Source of the DNA: an uncultured Bacteroidales bacterium
Lineage (GTDB): Bacteria > Bacteroidota > Bacteroidia > Bacteroidales > UBA10428
Direction of reading: 5' to 3'
DNA: 64,000 bases
NCBI GenBank assembly: GCA_964492185.1
Contig: CAZBJH010000003.1
Coordinates: 36-64,035 of the forward strand
This document shows, piece after piece, positions 19,304 to 28,344 of the stretch. Numbering within the stretch: the first letter of the stretch is position 1; each line of letters starts with the position of its first letter. Under the pieces are notes generated by a model. It was not told the DNA's origin, did no database searches, and saw only the letters and a program-made list of their open reading frames with translations. The translations under genes and the position numbers were made by a program.

Positions 19304-20029
19304 ATGAACACGCGGCACACGATAGAAACTATTGGCAGTGTGACGAAGCTGGAGCACCTGCACAATATAGATTTTAACATTCTGCCCGATACCCTGGTTC
19401 TTGAAAATGTAGATCCTTTCCCAGGGTATGGATACCAGGGAACCAACCTCCCAAGCGGTACCAAACCACGTTCGATTTTTATCATTCTCAGATATCGATA
19501 TGCTCCTGAAAAAATCGCCCGGTTATCAAAAGAGCTGGTAGAAAGTAACAATATGAACTGTTATATGGCATACGGGGAAATACATCTTGGCGAAAGGATA
19601 TATCCATGCATCCGCGTTAAAAAGCTGGAATGTTTTGAAACCATTCCGAAACTGCAATCCTTTTACAAAAACAATGAGATCAAGTTTATGAGCTATAAAC
19701 ATATTGATGAAGATTGTCTTATCAATATCCATAAAATATTGTGCATCACCGAAATTGCCGATGGAATTTGCAGGGATCTTACCGACAATGAAAAATTTTA
19801 TTTTCGGATTTCAAAAAAACTTAACTGGAAGGCATTTGATGCATATACCCGCAAAGTAAAAAATAATATTTCCAATCGTAATTTTGACTCTGCACTTGGT
19901 GTTATTTACCGCTACAATGGCCCTGAAGATGTCATCAGGATTTATGATAGGAACAAAACTATTGAGCGGGCGCTTGAAATAAGAAAATTATATATGAAAG
20001 CCATGAGGAAGGAATTTATTGTTGTTTAG
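19304..20029 (+). CDS. Hypothetical protein (no recognisable motif)
   Basis: 241-aa uninterrupted ORF in an otherwise unoccupied interval, with composition typical of coding sequence. I recognise no conserved motif. Confidence 0.5.
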   Translation: MNTRHTIETIGSVTKLEHLHNIDFNILPDTLVLENVDPFPGYGYQGTNLPSGTKPRSIFIILRYRYAPEKIARLSKELVESNNMNCYMAYGEIHLGERIYPCIRVKKLECFETIPKLQSFYKNNEIKFMSYKHIDEDCLINIHKILCITEIADGICRDLTDNEKFYFRISKKLNWKAFDAYTRKVKNNISNRNFDSALGVIYRYNGPEDVIRIYDRNKTIERALEIRKLYMKAMRKEFIVV

Positions 20030-20053
20030 TGTTTAGTGTTTATTGGCAAAAGC

Positions 20054-21325
20054 TCATTCCGATTCAATAAGCTTGTAGAGTTTATCAGACCGTCTGACAG
20101 GAGTATCCAGGGGAATGGAAAACCGTTCTCCCCGTTTTGTGCTGTTCACATTTTTTAATTCCACCCGTATCTCTTTCACCGTAGTTTGGATAACACCTGT
20201 AGTGGGACCGGTTATCAGAATTTCATCCCCGGATTGTAAAGTTCCGGCTTCACATAAAAATTCACCAACTTTTATATTTGTAAAATAATTCATCCCTTTT
20301 CCAATGTATTTCTTCCTTTTTGTAGCTTTCGACCCGTATACATTACTCCATTCACCCTGCTTTTGTCCGAGATAATAACCATCCCAAAACCCCCTGTTAA
20401 AAACTGTTGATAATCTCTTCTGCCATTCTGAAATTTTTTCCTCAGTGTAACTGCCTTCCCTGATTGATGATACCGCTTCTCTATAACATGACGTTACGGT
20501 ATTAACATATTCCGGGGGACGCGCCCTGCCTTCTATCTTCAATATACTCACTCCGGCATCAATTATCTTGTTTAAATAATGTATAGTGCACAAATCTTTC
20601 GGAGACATAATATATTCATTTACAACATCAAGTTCCCTGCCAGTTTCCTTTTCACGTACAGTATATGCTCTCCGACAATCCTGAAGGCATGCCCCCCTGT
20701 TTGCCGATTGATTATGATGGTGCAGGCTTAGATAGCATTTCCCCGATATTGACATGCATAAAGCACCATGTATGAACATTTCCAGTTGAACAAGCCGTCC
20801 CGATGGTCCTTTCAGTTGTTCCTCCCTGATCTTTTCACTTATCACTTTTACCTGATCAAGATTTAATTCACGGGCCAGTACCATAACATCTGCAAAATGT
20901 GCATAAAATTTTACCGTTTCATAATTACTTATATTCGCCTGGGTTGAAATATGAACTTCAATATGCTTTGACCGTGCATAAGAGATCACAGCCACATCAG
21001 AAGCTATTACAGCCGAAATACCATACTCTACTGCAAGATCAACCAGTTTATACACGCGTTCCAGTTCATCATCAAAAAAAACAATATTCAGGGTCAGATA
21101 GCATTTTATTTTATGTTGATTACATATCTCATTAATTTTACCAAGATCCTTAACTGTGAAATTCATAGATGAACGGGCCCTCATATTAAGCTTGTCCACT
21201 CCAAAATATACTGCATCAGCACCCCCCTGAATCGCGGCCATCAGTGATTCATATGATCCCACGGGCGCCAGTGTTTCAATATGTTTCGACTTATTCAAAA
21301 TGCTTATGTGTTTTTTATCTGTCAA
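20054..21325 (-). CDS. U32-family protein (peptidase U32 / prephenate-dependent hydroxylase family)
   Basis: 423-aa ORF with the U32 N-terminal signature LAPVGSYESLMAAIQGGADAVYFG...NMRARS. It has a conserved Cys-rich central region (GALCMSISGKCYLS ... GACLQDCRR) and a C-terminal beta-barrel segment. Confidence 0.85.
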   Translation of the reverse strand: MTDKKHISILNKSKHIETLAPVGSYESLMAAIQGGADAVYFGVDKLNMRARSSMNFTVKDLGKINEICNQHKIKCYLTLNIVFFDDELERVYKLVDLAVEYGISAVIASDVAVISYARSKHIEVHISTQANISNYETVKFYAHFADVMVLARELNLDQVKVISEKIREEQLKGPSGRLVQLEMFIHGALCMSISGKCYLSLHHHNQSANRGACLQDCRRAYTVREKETGRELDVVNEYIMSPKDLCTIHYLNKIIDAGVSILKIEGRARPPEYVNTVTSCYREAVSSIREGSYTEEKISEWQKRLSTVFNRGFWDGYYLGQKQGEWSNVYGSKATKRKKYIGKGMNYFTNIKVGEFLCEAGTLQSGDEILITGPTTGVIQTTVKEIRVELKNVNSTKRGERFSIPLDTPVRRSDKLYKLIESE

Positions 21326-21341
21326 TGTTTATTTGTTTTCG

Positions 21342-22220
21342 TTACTTCTTAATTTCCTTCATCCATTCACGTGTTCCGTAATATTTACATGATTCAGCCG
21401 CTATTATTGACGCCTGTTGAAGAGCGCCGGCAAAATCAGCCTTCTGTGTATAATAAAAACAAAATGCACCATGAAAAACATCTCCTGCTCCAAGTGTATC
21501 TACTACATGAACCGATTCAGTTTCAACTTCACCTTCATTGTTACCTTCGTAATAAATAACAGACTTGTCTCCGCGTGTAACAGCTCCTTTCCCTATTCCA
21601 TACCGCTTTAAAAAATCAAATAATCCTGATTTTCCTATAATGCCGGGAGGATTGAATGATTCTGAACAGATCATTATATCCGTATAAGGTAATAACTTTT
21701 CCATACCTTCCTTCCAACTGCCACCATCAAACACCACCGGTATGTTATACTCCCTGGCAAATTTAATTATATTCAATGAATGATTAATATGAAATCCGTC
21801 AATTAGCACAATGTCAAAATCATATATCATTGTTGAAATATAATCAGGGCTCATTGATGGTTGTAATGCTCCTGCATCTTCAGGAAAATAAGAAAAAACT
21901 GTCCTGTCGCCACTATGCTCTTCCGTTATTATGCTGGCAAATGTTGGTAAAAGCTGAAGACTTTCCGCAGGATCAATAACATCCACGTTAAAATTTTCAA
22001 GCTCGTTATAAATAAGCCCGGTAAACAAATGTTCTCCGACAGGGGTTATTAATACCGTTTTGCCACCCAGCCAGGCATAGGTGATAGCAGCGTTAGTTGC
22101 AGGCCCCCCGATATAAATACCATTTCTTTTGGCTTTGATTTTTGAATTTGATACCGGATACATTTCCACCATAAATTGTAAATCTATTGTATTCAATCCT
22201 GCAAATAGTCCTTGTGTCAT
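21342..22220 (-). CDS. PfkB/ribokinase-family carbohydrate or nucleoside kinase
   Basis: 292-aa ORF with the PfkB C-terminal signature DTLGAGDVFHGAF and an N-terminal GGPATNAA segment. Confidence 0.8.
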   Translation of the reverse strand: MTQGLFAGLNTIDLQFMVEMYPVSNSKIKAKRNGIYIGGPATNAAITYAWLGGKTVLITPVGEHLFTGLIYNELENFNVDVIDPAESLQLLPTFASIITEEHSGDRTVFSYFPEDAGALQPSMSPDYISTMIYDFDIVLIDGFHINHSLNIIKFAREYNIPVVFDGGSWKEGMEKLLPYTDIMICSESFNPPGIIGKSGLFDFLKRYGIGKGAVTRGDKSVIYYEGNNEGEVETESVHVVDTLGAGDVFHGAFCFYYTQKADFAGALQQASIIAAESCKYYGTREWMKEIKK

Positions 22221-22239
22221 ACTTTTTTATATTAATTGT

Positions 22240-22291
22240 GTCTGTCAATATAGTCGTCAAAATGTTTAATCGGCCATGTTTATTGACAGAC
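22240..22291 (+). repeat. Head-only module of the hairpin-repeat family (self-complementary)
   Basis: GTCTGTCAATA (22240-22250) pairs perfectly with TATTGACAGAC (22281-22291). The loop TAGTCGTCAAAATGTTTAATCGGCCATGTT matches the head of family C (…TAGTCAAAATGTTTAACCGGACATGT…). It lies 20 nt upstream of the PfkB kinase start codon. Confidence 0.75.
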
Positions 22292-22319
22292 TTAAAATAA
22301 TGTAACACATTCCCTGATC

Positions 22320-23678
22320 TTATCTTTTCCCCGCTTGCTGAAAAGCCCCCTGGTCATTAATGTTATTCGCCCAAAATCCAAGTACGAAGAGTAACAAACT
22401 AATTATTAGGCAAATAATGATCGCAGTATAATAAGATCCTGTATTCTCGATAGAAATGGCAAACAAATACGGTCCTACAGCACTGCCTATCACCATCCAG
22501 CTCATGGCAAAACCGCTGATTTCCCCCAGGTGAGCCGTACCAAAAAGCCGGGGCCAAACCACGCTCGACAAAGCACCGTATACACCCGATGCCGCCCCGG
22601 TACCGGTGATCAGCAGGATCAGTATCCAGTTTCCGTTTTCAAGGAACAGTAGGGATATTACAGATATCATCAACATGAAAAGATAGGCCAGCAATAAATA
22701 TTTAAGTCTGATATAATCACTCAGCCAGCTTGCCCCGAAATTAAAAAACACTGATACCACTGCTACCGGAATAAAAAACATAAAGGCAATTCTTTCTGAA
22801 TGGCCTGCCTGTTCGAAAACAGATTTTACCTGGAAGGTTAGGGCGGTAATGTACAATGCATGAATAACCATTGTAAAATTATATATCCAGAATGAATATG
22901 TACGAATAACATATCCCAATTTGTAATCCTTATCCGGTGTAGCCGGGGTTTTTCCTTCACGTGTCCCCTTAATTATTTGTCCGTCGGGTATAAGCCCGCA
23001 CTGCCGGGGATTATCTCGAAAAAATAAAAATGCAAAAACAGAAAAAATAAACCCTATAGCTATTCCGGTGTTTATCCATGCACCGCGCCATCCGAATTCA
23101 TCAACCAGGGTGAAAAGAAAATACGGAGCAGCAGAAAAGCCAAAAACTACAAATGAACTTAACCATGCATTGGCCAACCCCCTCTTTTTATCAAACCATT
23201 TCATCACCATGTTCCTTGATGACATAGTCAATACGCCCTGTCCAAAAAAGCGTATGCCAAAAAAGCCTATTACCAGCAAAGGAATAATCGATACTTCACG
23301 GCTGATATTACGATTGTTTTCAAGCATGATACCGATCTTATCCAGCTTTGTAAGGAAAATCAATGAAAAGCCCAGTAAAATACCTGCCCATGTTGCCATT
23401 ATCCTTGATCCGTAACGGTCATACAACATCCCTGCAAAAATTATTAGAAGTCCGCTCGCTGCCGTTCCGATACCATAGGCTAATCCAAGGTCTGAACGGG
23501 TAATATGATAATCATTCAATAAATGATCTGTAAAAACCGAAACACCCATTGTCTGCCCGGGAATGCTCATCAGCATGCCCACAATTCCAACGGGTATTAT
23601 CAGCCAGCCATAAAAAACGGGCGCCTTAGCGGGATTAACAGGAAAATTGATCCAACGGTCTTTCAAGATTCTCCTCAT
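22320..23678 (-). CDS. MFS transporter
   Basis: 452-aa ORF with about 12 hydrophobic helices in a 6+6 arrangement and a central hydrophilic loop (RDNPRQCGLIPDGQIIKGTREGKTP). Confidence 0.8.
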   Translation of the reverse strand: MRRILKDRWINFPVNPAKAPVFYGWLIIPVGIVGMLMSIPGQTMGVSVFTDHLLNDYHITRSDLGLAYGIGTAASGLLIIFAGMLYDRYGSRIMATWAGILLGFSLIFLTKLDKIGIMLENNRNISREVSIIPLLVIGFFGIRFFGQGVLTMSSRNMVMKWFDKKRGLANAWLSSFVVFGFSAAPYFLFTLVDEFGWRGAWINTGIAIGFIFSVFAFLFFRDNPRQCGLIPDGQIIKGTREGKTPATPDKDYKLGYVIRTYSFWIYNFTMVIHALYITALTFQVKSVFEQAGHSERIAFMFFIPVAVVSVFFNFGASWLSDYIRLKYLLLAYLFMLMISVISLLFLENGNWILILLITGTGAASGVYGALSSVVWPRLFGTAHLGEISGFAMSWMVIGSAVGPYLFAISIENTGSYYTAIIICLIISLLLFVLGFWANNINDQGAFQQAGKR

Positions 23679-23740
23679 TCAATATCGGGGAATTATTAAT
23701 TTATTATTTTTTCTTTTGCTTAGACTGTATTTAAATGGCA

Positions 23741-24511
23741 TTAAATTTCAATATCAATATAAACAGGACAATGATCAGAATGGTTTATGTCACTTAGTAT
23801 CCCTGCACTTATTAAATCCGGCCGCAACGCGGGTGATATCATATGATAATCAATCCTCCACCCCAGGTTCTTTGATCTTGAATTTGCCCTGTAACTCCAC
23901 CACGAATACATTTCCGGCTGATCGTTAAATTCCCGGAAACTGTCAATGAATCCGGCATTAACAAAACGGTACATCCATTCACGTTCTTCAGGCAAAAATC
24001 CGGATGACTTCTTATGTCTTTCAGGATGATTAATGTCAACAGGCTTATGACAAATATTAAAATCACCGCTGACAACCAGATATTGTCTTGTTTGTTTTAA
24101 CAGATACATATATTTAAAAAAATCCTCAAGAAATCCCATTTTAAAATCCTGACGGATATCTCCCGTTGTTCCTGAAGGAATATACACGTTTACAACAGTA
24201 AGGTCACCAAAATCAGCCCTGATCACACGTCCTTCCGAATCATATTTATGATATCCCATTCCTTTTTCAATTCTGTCAGGTTTATCTTTACTTATAATAC
24301 CCACCCCGCTATAACCCTTTTTCAACGCGGAATTCCAGCTGCTTTCATAACCAAGGTATTCCAGCAATCCCAAATTGATCTGCGAATCCTGTGCTTTTGT
24401 CTCCTGAAAGCAAATAATATAAGGATTTTCATTTTTTATCCAGGTTAACAAACCTTTTTCAATGGCTGCTCGAATTCCATTCACGTTATAAGAAATAATC
24501 CTTTTAAGCAT
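23741..24511 (-). CDS. xth: Exodeoxyribonuclease III (AP endonuclease)
   Basis: 256-aa ORF with ExoIII family motifs ISYNVNGIRA, ICFQETK, GDFNICH and SDHCPV. Confidence 0.9.
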   Translation of the reverse strand: MLKRIISYNVNGIRAAIEKGLLTWIKNENPYIICFQETKAQDSQINLGLLEYLGYESSWNSALKKGYSGVGIISKDKPDRIEKGMGYHKYDSEGRVIRADFGDLTVVNVYIPSGTTGDIRQDFKMGFLEDFFKYMYLLKQTRQYLVVSGDFNICHKPVDINHPERHKKSSGFLPEEREWMYRFVNAGFIDSFREFNDQPEMYSWWSYRANSRSKNLGWRIDYHMISPALRPDLISAGILSDINHSDHCPVYIDIEI

Positions 24512-24562
24512 ATTTTAAAAATTTCAACAAAAATACATATTATCTTTTTATATTCGTGATCG

Positions 24563-25498
24563 ATGAACAGGGGCAGGATCATAAAAACTACGGGAAGCTG
24601 GCACATAATAAAATATGGTACTACGCTTATCCCTTGTAAAGTAAAAGGCAAATTCAGAATAGATGATATAAGAACCACTAACCCTGTTGCTGTTGGAGAT
24701 ATTGTAAAGTATGATATAATGGAAGACGGCAAAACCGGGCTCATTAAAGAGATTGAACCAAGAAAAAATTATATAATCCGTAAATCATCAAAATTATCCA
24801 AAGAATCTCATCTGCTCGCATCCAATGTAGACCAGGCAATGCTAATGGTAACTTTGATCAGACCCCAAACCACTTTTGAGTTTATTGACAGATTTCTGGT
24901 TACATCAGAAGCTTACCATATTCCTTCCATGCTTTTGATAAATAAAATTGATCTTTATCAGGACGATCAACTGAAAGAAATGCTGAAAAAGCTGAAAGAG
25001 ATATATGAACCTGCCGGATATCAATGTTTTGAGATCTCAGTTGAAAAAGGCATCGGGCTTAATTTGATCAGTCAATTACTAAAAAATAAATTCACGGTTC
25101 TCGCGGGAAATTCAGGAGTTGGAAAATCATCGCTTATAAACAAACTAAATCCATTAATAAACGTAAAAACAGCTGATGTATCTGAATATCATCAAACAGG
25201 GAAACATGCAACAACCTATCCTGTAATGTATGAAGTTGAAAATGAGTCTTTTGTGATTGATACGCCCGGAATAAAAGGATTTGGATTAATAGATTTTAAC
25301 CCGCGGGAAATTGGTTATTTTTTTCCGGAGATATTCACCCTGTCCAAATATTGCCGTTTCTATAACTGCACACACACTCATGAACCCGGTTGTGCAGTAA
25401 GGGAGGCGGTTAAAACAGGCAAACTAAGTGAAAGCAGGTACAGAAGTTATTTCAAAATATTTACAGACAAAAACACAAAATACAGGAACAAATTGTAA
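24563..25498 (+). CDS. rsgA: Ribosome small-subunit-dependent GTPase A
   Basis: 311-aa ORF with an N-terminal OB fold. It has circularly permuted GTPase motifs NKIDL, GNSGVGKSSLIN and DTPG, plus the zinc motif CRFYNCTHTHEPGCAV. Confidence 0.9.
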   Translation: MNRGRIIKTTGSWHIIKYGTTLIPCKVKGKFRIDDIRTTNPVAVGDIVKYDIMEDGKTGLIKEIEPRKNYIIRKSSKLSKESHLLASNVDQAMLMVTLIRPQTTFEFIDRFLVTSEAYHIPSMLLINKIDLYQDDQLKEMLKKLKEIYEPAGYQCFEISVEKGIGLNLISQLLKNKFTVLAGNSGVGKSSLINKLNPLINVKTADVSEYHQTGKHATTYPVMYEVENESFVIDTPGIKGFGLIDFNPREIGYFFPEIFTLSKYCRFYNCTHTHEPGCAVREAVKTGKLSESRYRSYFKIFTDKNTKYRNKL

Positions 25499-28318
25499 AT
25501 GAAAAAATTATATACTCTTCTGATTGTCATATGTATTATTATCGTCCTGGTAAATCTTTACATGTACAGAGATATTTACAGGATCCAGATGAATTTTCAA
25601 AAGAACATCCTGTTCAAACAAGCAGAAATATGCGGTACCGAAATTGAAAAAACAGGTCAAACATTTGAAAGTGATGTCAATTACATTTTGTTTTCTGATG
25701 AACTAAACGGGATCTTCAATAATGATAATGTAAAAGAAAACGGTTTAAGAAAACTTGAAATGTTTTATTCCGCATATGATGAACTGGTTAGGAACATATT
25801 TATTTATGATCAGCATAAAAACGTATTAAACCTGTTTATTGACAAAAAAGGAAATGTTATAACCGATAGATATAAAGCACAACGCCAGAGAACATTAAGC
25901 AACGAAGGAACAATCCGCGTTATCGAAGATGAATATCAGTTTTACATACCGGTTTTTGAGGGTGACAGTGTATCCGGGAATATTGTTGTAAGCCTAGACA
26001 TTAAACGGTACATTAACACTGTAATTGAAAAATTCCATTTAAATAAAACCATATGGCAATGGGTTATTGACCTGAAGAATGATAATATCAGTGCCAATAT
26101 AGATTCACATCTTGATATACAAAATATCGAGAATATCAGTAATGATCTGAACCAGGAATTTTCAGGATTCCTTAGGCACAAGATCCATATTGACGGCAAG
26201 GAAAAATCTTTCCTTTCGGTTTATTTCCCCGTACAAATGCTATCACAAAATTTTGGAATCGTATTCTCTCTTGACAACAGCATAATATTGAATGCAGTTG
26301 TTCGTAAAGTAATTTTTACCAGTACGATCAGTTTTGTTTTACTTATTCTTACAGTGCTTTATTTCATTTATCTTATCAAATCAAAGGGGGAATCCCGGGA
26401 TCGCACTGAGAAAACAATAATTGACCTGGAAAGTATTATCGATTCTTTACCTATTGGAATTCTTATCCTTGACAGCGAACGGAAAATCAGAATGATCAAT
26501 AATACAGCAAAAGAGATCCTGCTGTTCAAAAAAGGGGAAAACCTTATAGGTAAGAATATTTCAGACCGTTTTATGTTATCCAAAAATTATTTTACCATTG
26601 AAGAAACACATTCTGCTTATGATTCCAACCAGTTCATTTTGTATGAGAAAGAGGGTAATGAAGTTGTAATATATAAAAAGGAAGTTCCTCATTTTACTGA
26701 CAGCGATGAATATCTTCTTGAAGCATTTATCGACGTAACACCTATTGAAAAGTCGCGAAAATTCGAAGCTGCAGCCAACACCGCAAAATCGGAATTTCTT
26801 GCCAATATGAGTCATGAAATCCGCACCCCCATGAACGGTATCATAGGAATGACCGAGGCTCTGGATCATCAAAACCTCACTGATAAACAAAGGGAATATG
26901 TTGACATCGTTAAAAAATCATCTGACCTTCTTCTAAACATTATTGATGATATCCTGGATTATTCCAAAATAGAAGCAGGCAAAATGCAACTTGAAGAAAT
27001 ACCTTTCAGACTGCGTTATGAAATAAATCTTTCACTTGAATTATTCAGGCCTATTGTTGAAGAAAAAGGATTAAAACTTACTGCCAAATTTGATGGTAAT
27101 GTCCCTGACCGTATAATTGGTGATCCATTTCGTCTCCGCCAGGTAATCTCAAATCTTGTCAGTAATGCCGTTAAATTTACTCATGAAGGGGAGATACTTG
27201 TACGTGCTGAACTTGAAGAAAAATATTCAGGTAACCTGACTTTGTTATTCTCGGTTGAAGATACCGGTGTAGGTATTCCCCAGGAAAAGATCGAAAGCAT
27301 TTTTAATTCATTTACCCAGGCTGATATGTCAACATCGCGCAAATATGGAGGATCCGGCCTGGGAACAACCATTTCAAAACAACTGGTTACACTTATGCAT
27401 GGTGAAATCTGGGTAGAAAGCCCTTCATCCATCTCAAAAAATGAAAAATATCCGGGCAGCAAATTCAGCTTTACAATCGAAGTATTTTCCAACGAAAAAT
27501 TAATAAAAAATATCAATGTTGATCCATATACCAGTTTTAAAGATTTGAATGCCCTTGTCATTACACGTGACAAAGAAAGAAAGAAATCCTTTTACAAACT
27601 TCTTAAGCATTTACAAATAAAGACTGAACTATATGAACATCATAGCAATAAATATCGTGAACTTATTTCCTATATTAATGAACATTCAAAAGTTTTTCAA
27701 CTTATTGTTATTATTGATGAACCAAACTTCGACGGATTAAAGATTGGCAAACAACTTAATAAAGCTAAATTGAGCAATAATTTTATATTGTTCATGTTAA
27801 GTTCCAACCATCGTCAGGAAAATTACATTCAAACAAAACGTGCCGGCATTGATTATTACCTCATTGAACCTTTTGAAAATAAAGATTTTGTTGAGTTTAT
27901 AGGGGAATCATTCCCTAATCTTGAGAAATCTACCGCGTTCAAAAACAAGACAATACGTTCAAACTTATCCATCCTTGTTGCTGAAGATAATATCATTAAT
28001 CAAAAGGTTGCTGAAACTATATTTAACCATCTGGGGTTCAACATTGATATAGTTGCTGATGGAAATGAAACCCTTGAAAAAGTCAAAACCGGAAATTACG
28101 ATATAATATTTATGGATCTGGTCATGCCGGACAAAGACGGCATTGAAACCACTGTCATGATAAGGGGAATGGGTTATCAAATGCCTATCATTGCCATGAC
28201 AGCAGCAGCTAACAAAAAAAGCAGGATCGATGCTATTGCTGCAGGTATGAATGACTATATCACAAAACCTGTTAAACAGGAAACCATACAGAAATTATTA
28301 TTAAAATGGTTTTCATAA
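25499..28318 (+). CDS. Hybrid sensor histidine kinase/response regulator
   Basis: 939-aa ORF with two TM segments flanking an extracytoplasmic domain, then PAS. It has an H-box (SHEIRTPMNGI), HATPase N/G boxes (DTGVGI, GGSGLG), an internal degenerate receiver-like segment and a C-terminal receiver (ILVAEDN ... FMDLVMPDKDG ... KP). Its ATG directly abuts the rsgA stop (TAAATG). Confidence 0.85.
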   Translation: MKKLYTLLIVICIIIVLVNLYMYRDIYRIQMNFQKNILFKQAEICGTEIEKTGQTFESDVNYILFSDELNGIFNNDNVKENGLRKLEMFYSAYDELVRNIFIYDQHKNVLNLFIDKKGNVITDRYKAQRQRTLSNEGTIRVIEDEYQFYIPVFEGDSVSGNIVVSLDIKRYINTVIEKFHLNKTIWQWVIDLKNDNISANIDSHLDIQNIENISNDLNQEFSGFLRHKIHIDGKEKSFLSVYFPVQMLSQNFGIVFSLDNSIILNAVVRKVIFTSTISFVLLILTVLYFIYLIKSKGESRDRTEKTIIDLESIIDSLPIGILILDSERKIRMINNTAKEILLFKKGENLIGKNISDRFMLSKNYFTIEETHSAYDSNQFILYEKEGNEVVIYKKEVPHFTDSDEYLLEAFIDVTPIEKSRKFEAAANTAKSEFLANMSHEIRTPMNGIIGMTEALDHQNLTDKQREYVDIVKKSSDLLLNIIDDILDYSKIEAGKMQLEEIPFRLRYEINLSLELFRPIVEEKGLKLTAKFDGNVPDRIIGDPFRLRQVISNLVSNAVKFTHEGEILVRAELEEKYSGNLTLLFSVEDTGVGIPQEKIESIFNSFTQADMSTSRKYGGSGLGTTISKQLVTLMHGEIWVESPSSISKNEKYPGSKFSFTIEVFSNEKLIKNINVDPYTSFKDLNALVITRDKERKKSFYKLLKHLQIKTELYEHHSNKYRELISYINEHSKVFQLIVIIDEPNFDGLKIGKQLNKAKLSNNFILFMLSSNHRQENYIQTKRAGIDYYLIEPFENKDFVEFIGESFPNLEKSTAFKNKTIRSNLSILVAEDNIINQKVAETIFNHLGFNIDIVADGNETLEKVKTGNYDIIFMDLVMPDKDGIETTVMIRGMGYQMPIIAMTAAANKKSRIDAIAAGMNDYITKPVKQETIQKLLLKWFS

Positions 28319-28344
28319 GCCTTAATTTCAGGGTGTCTCAAGTA

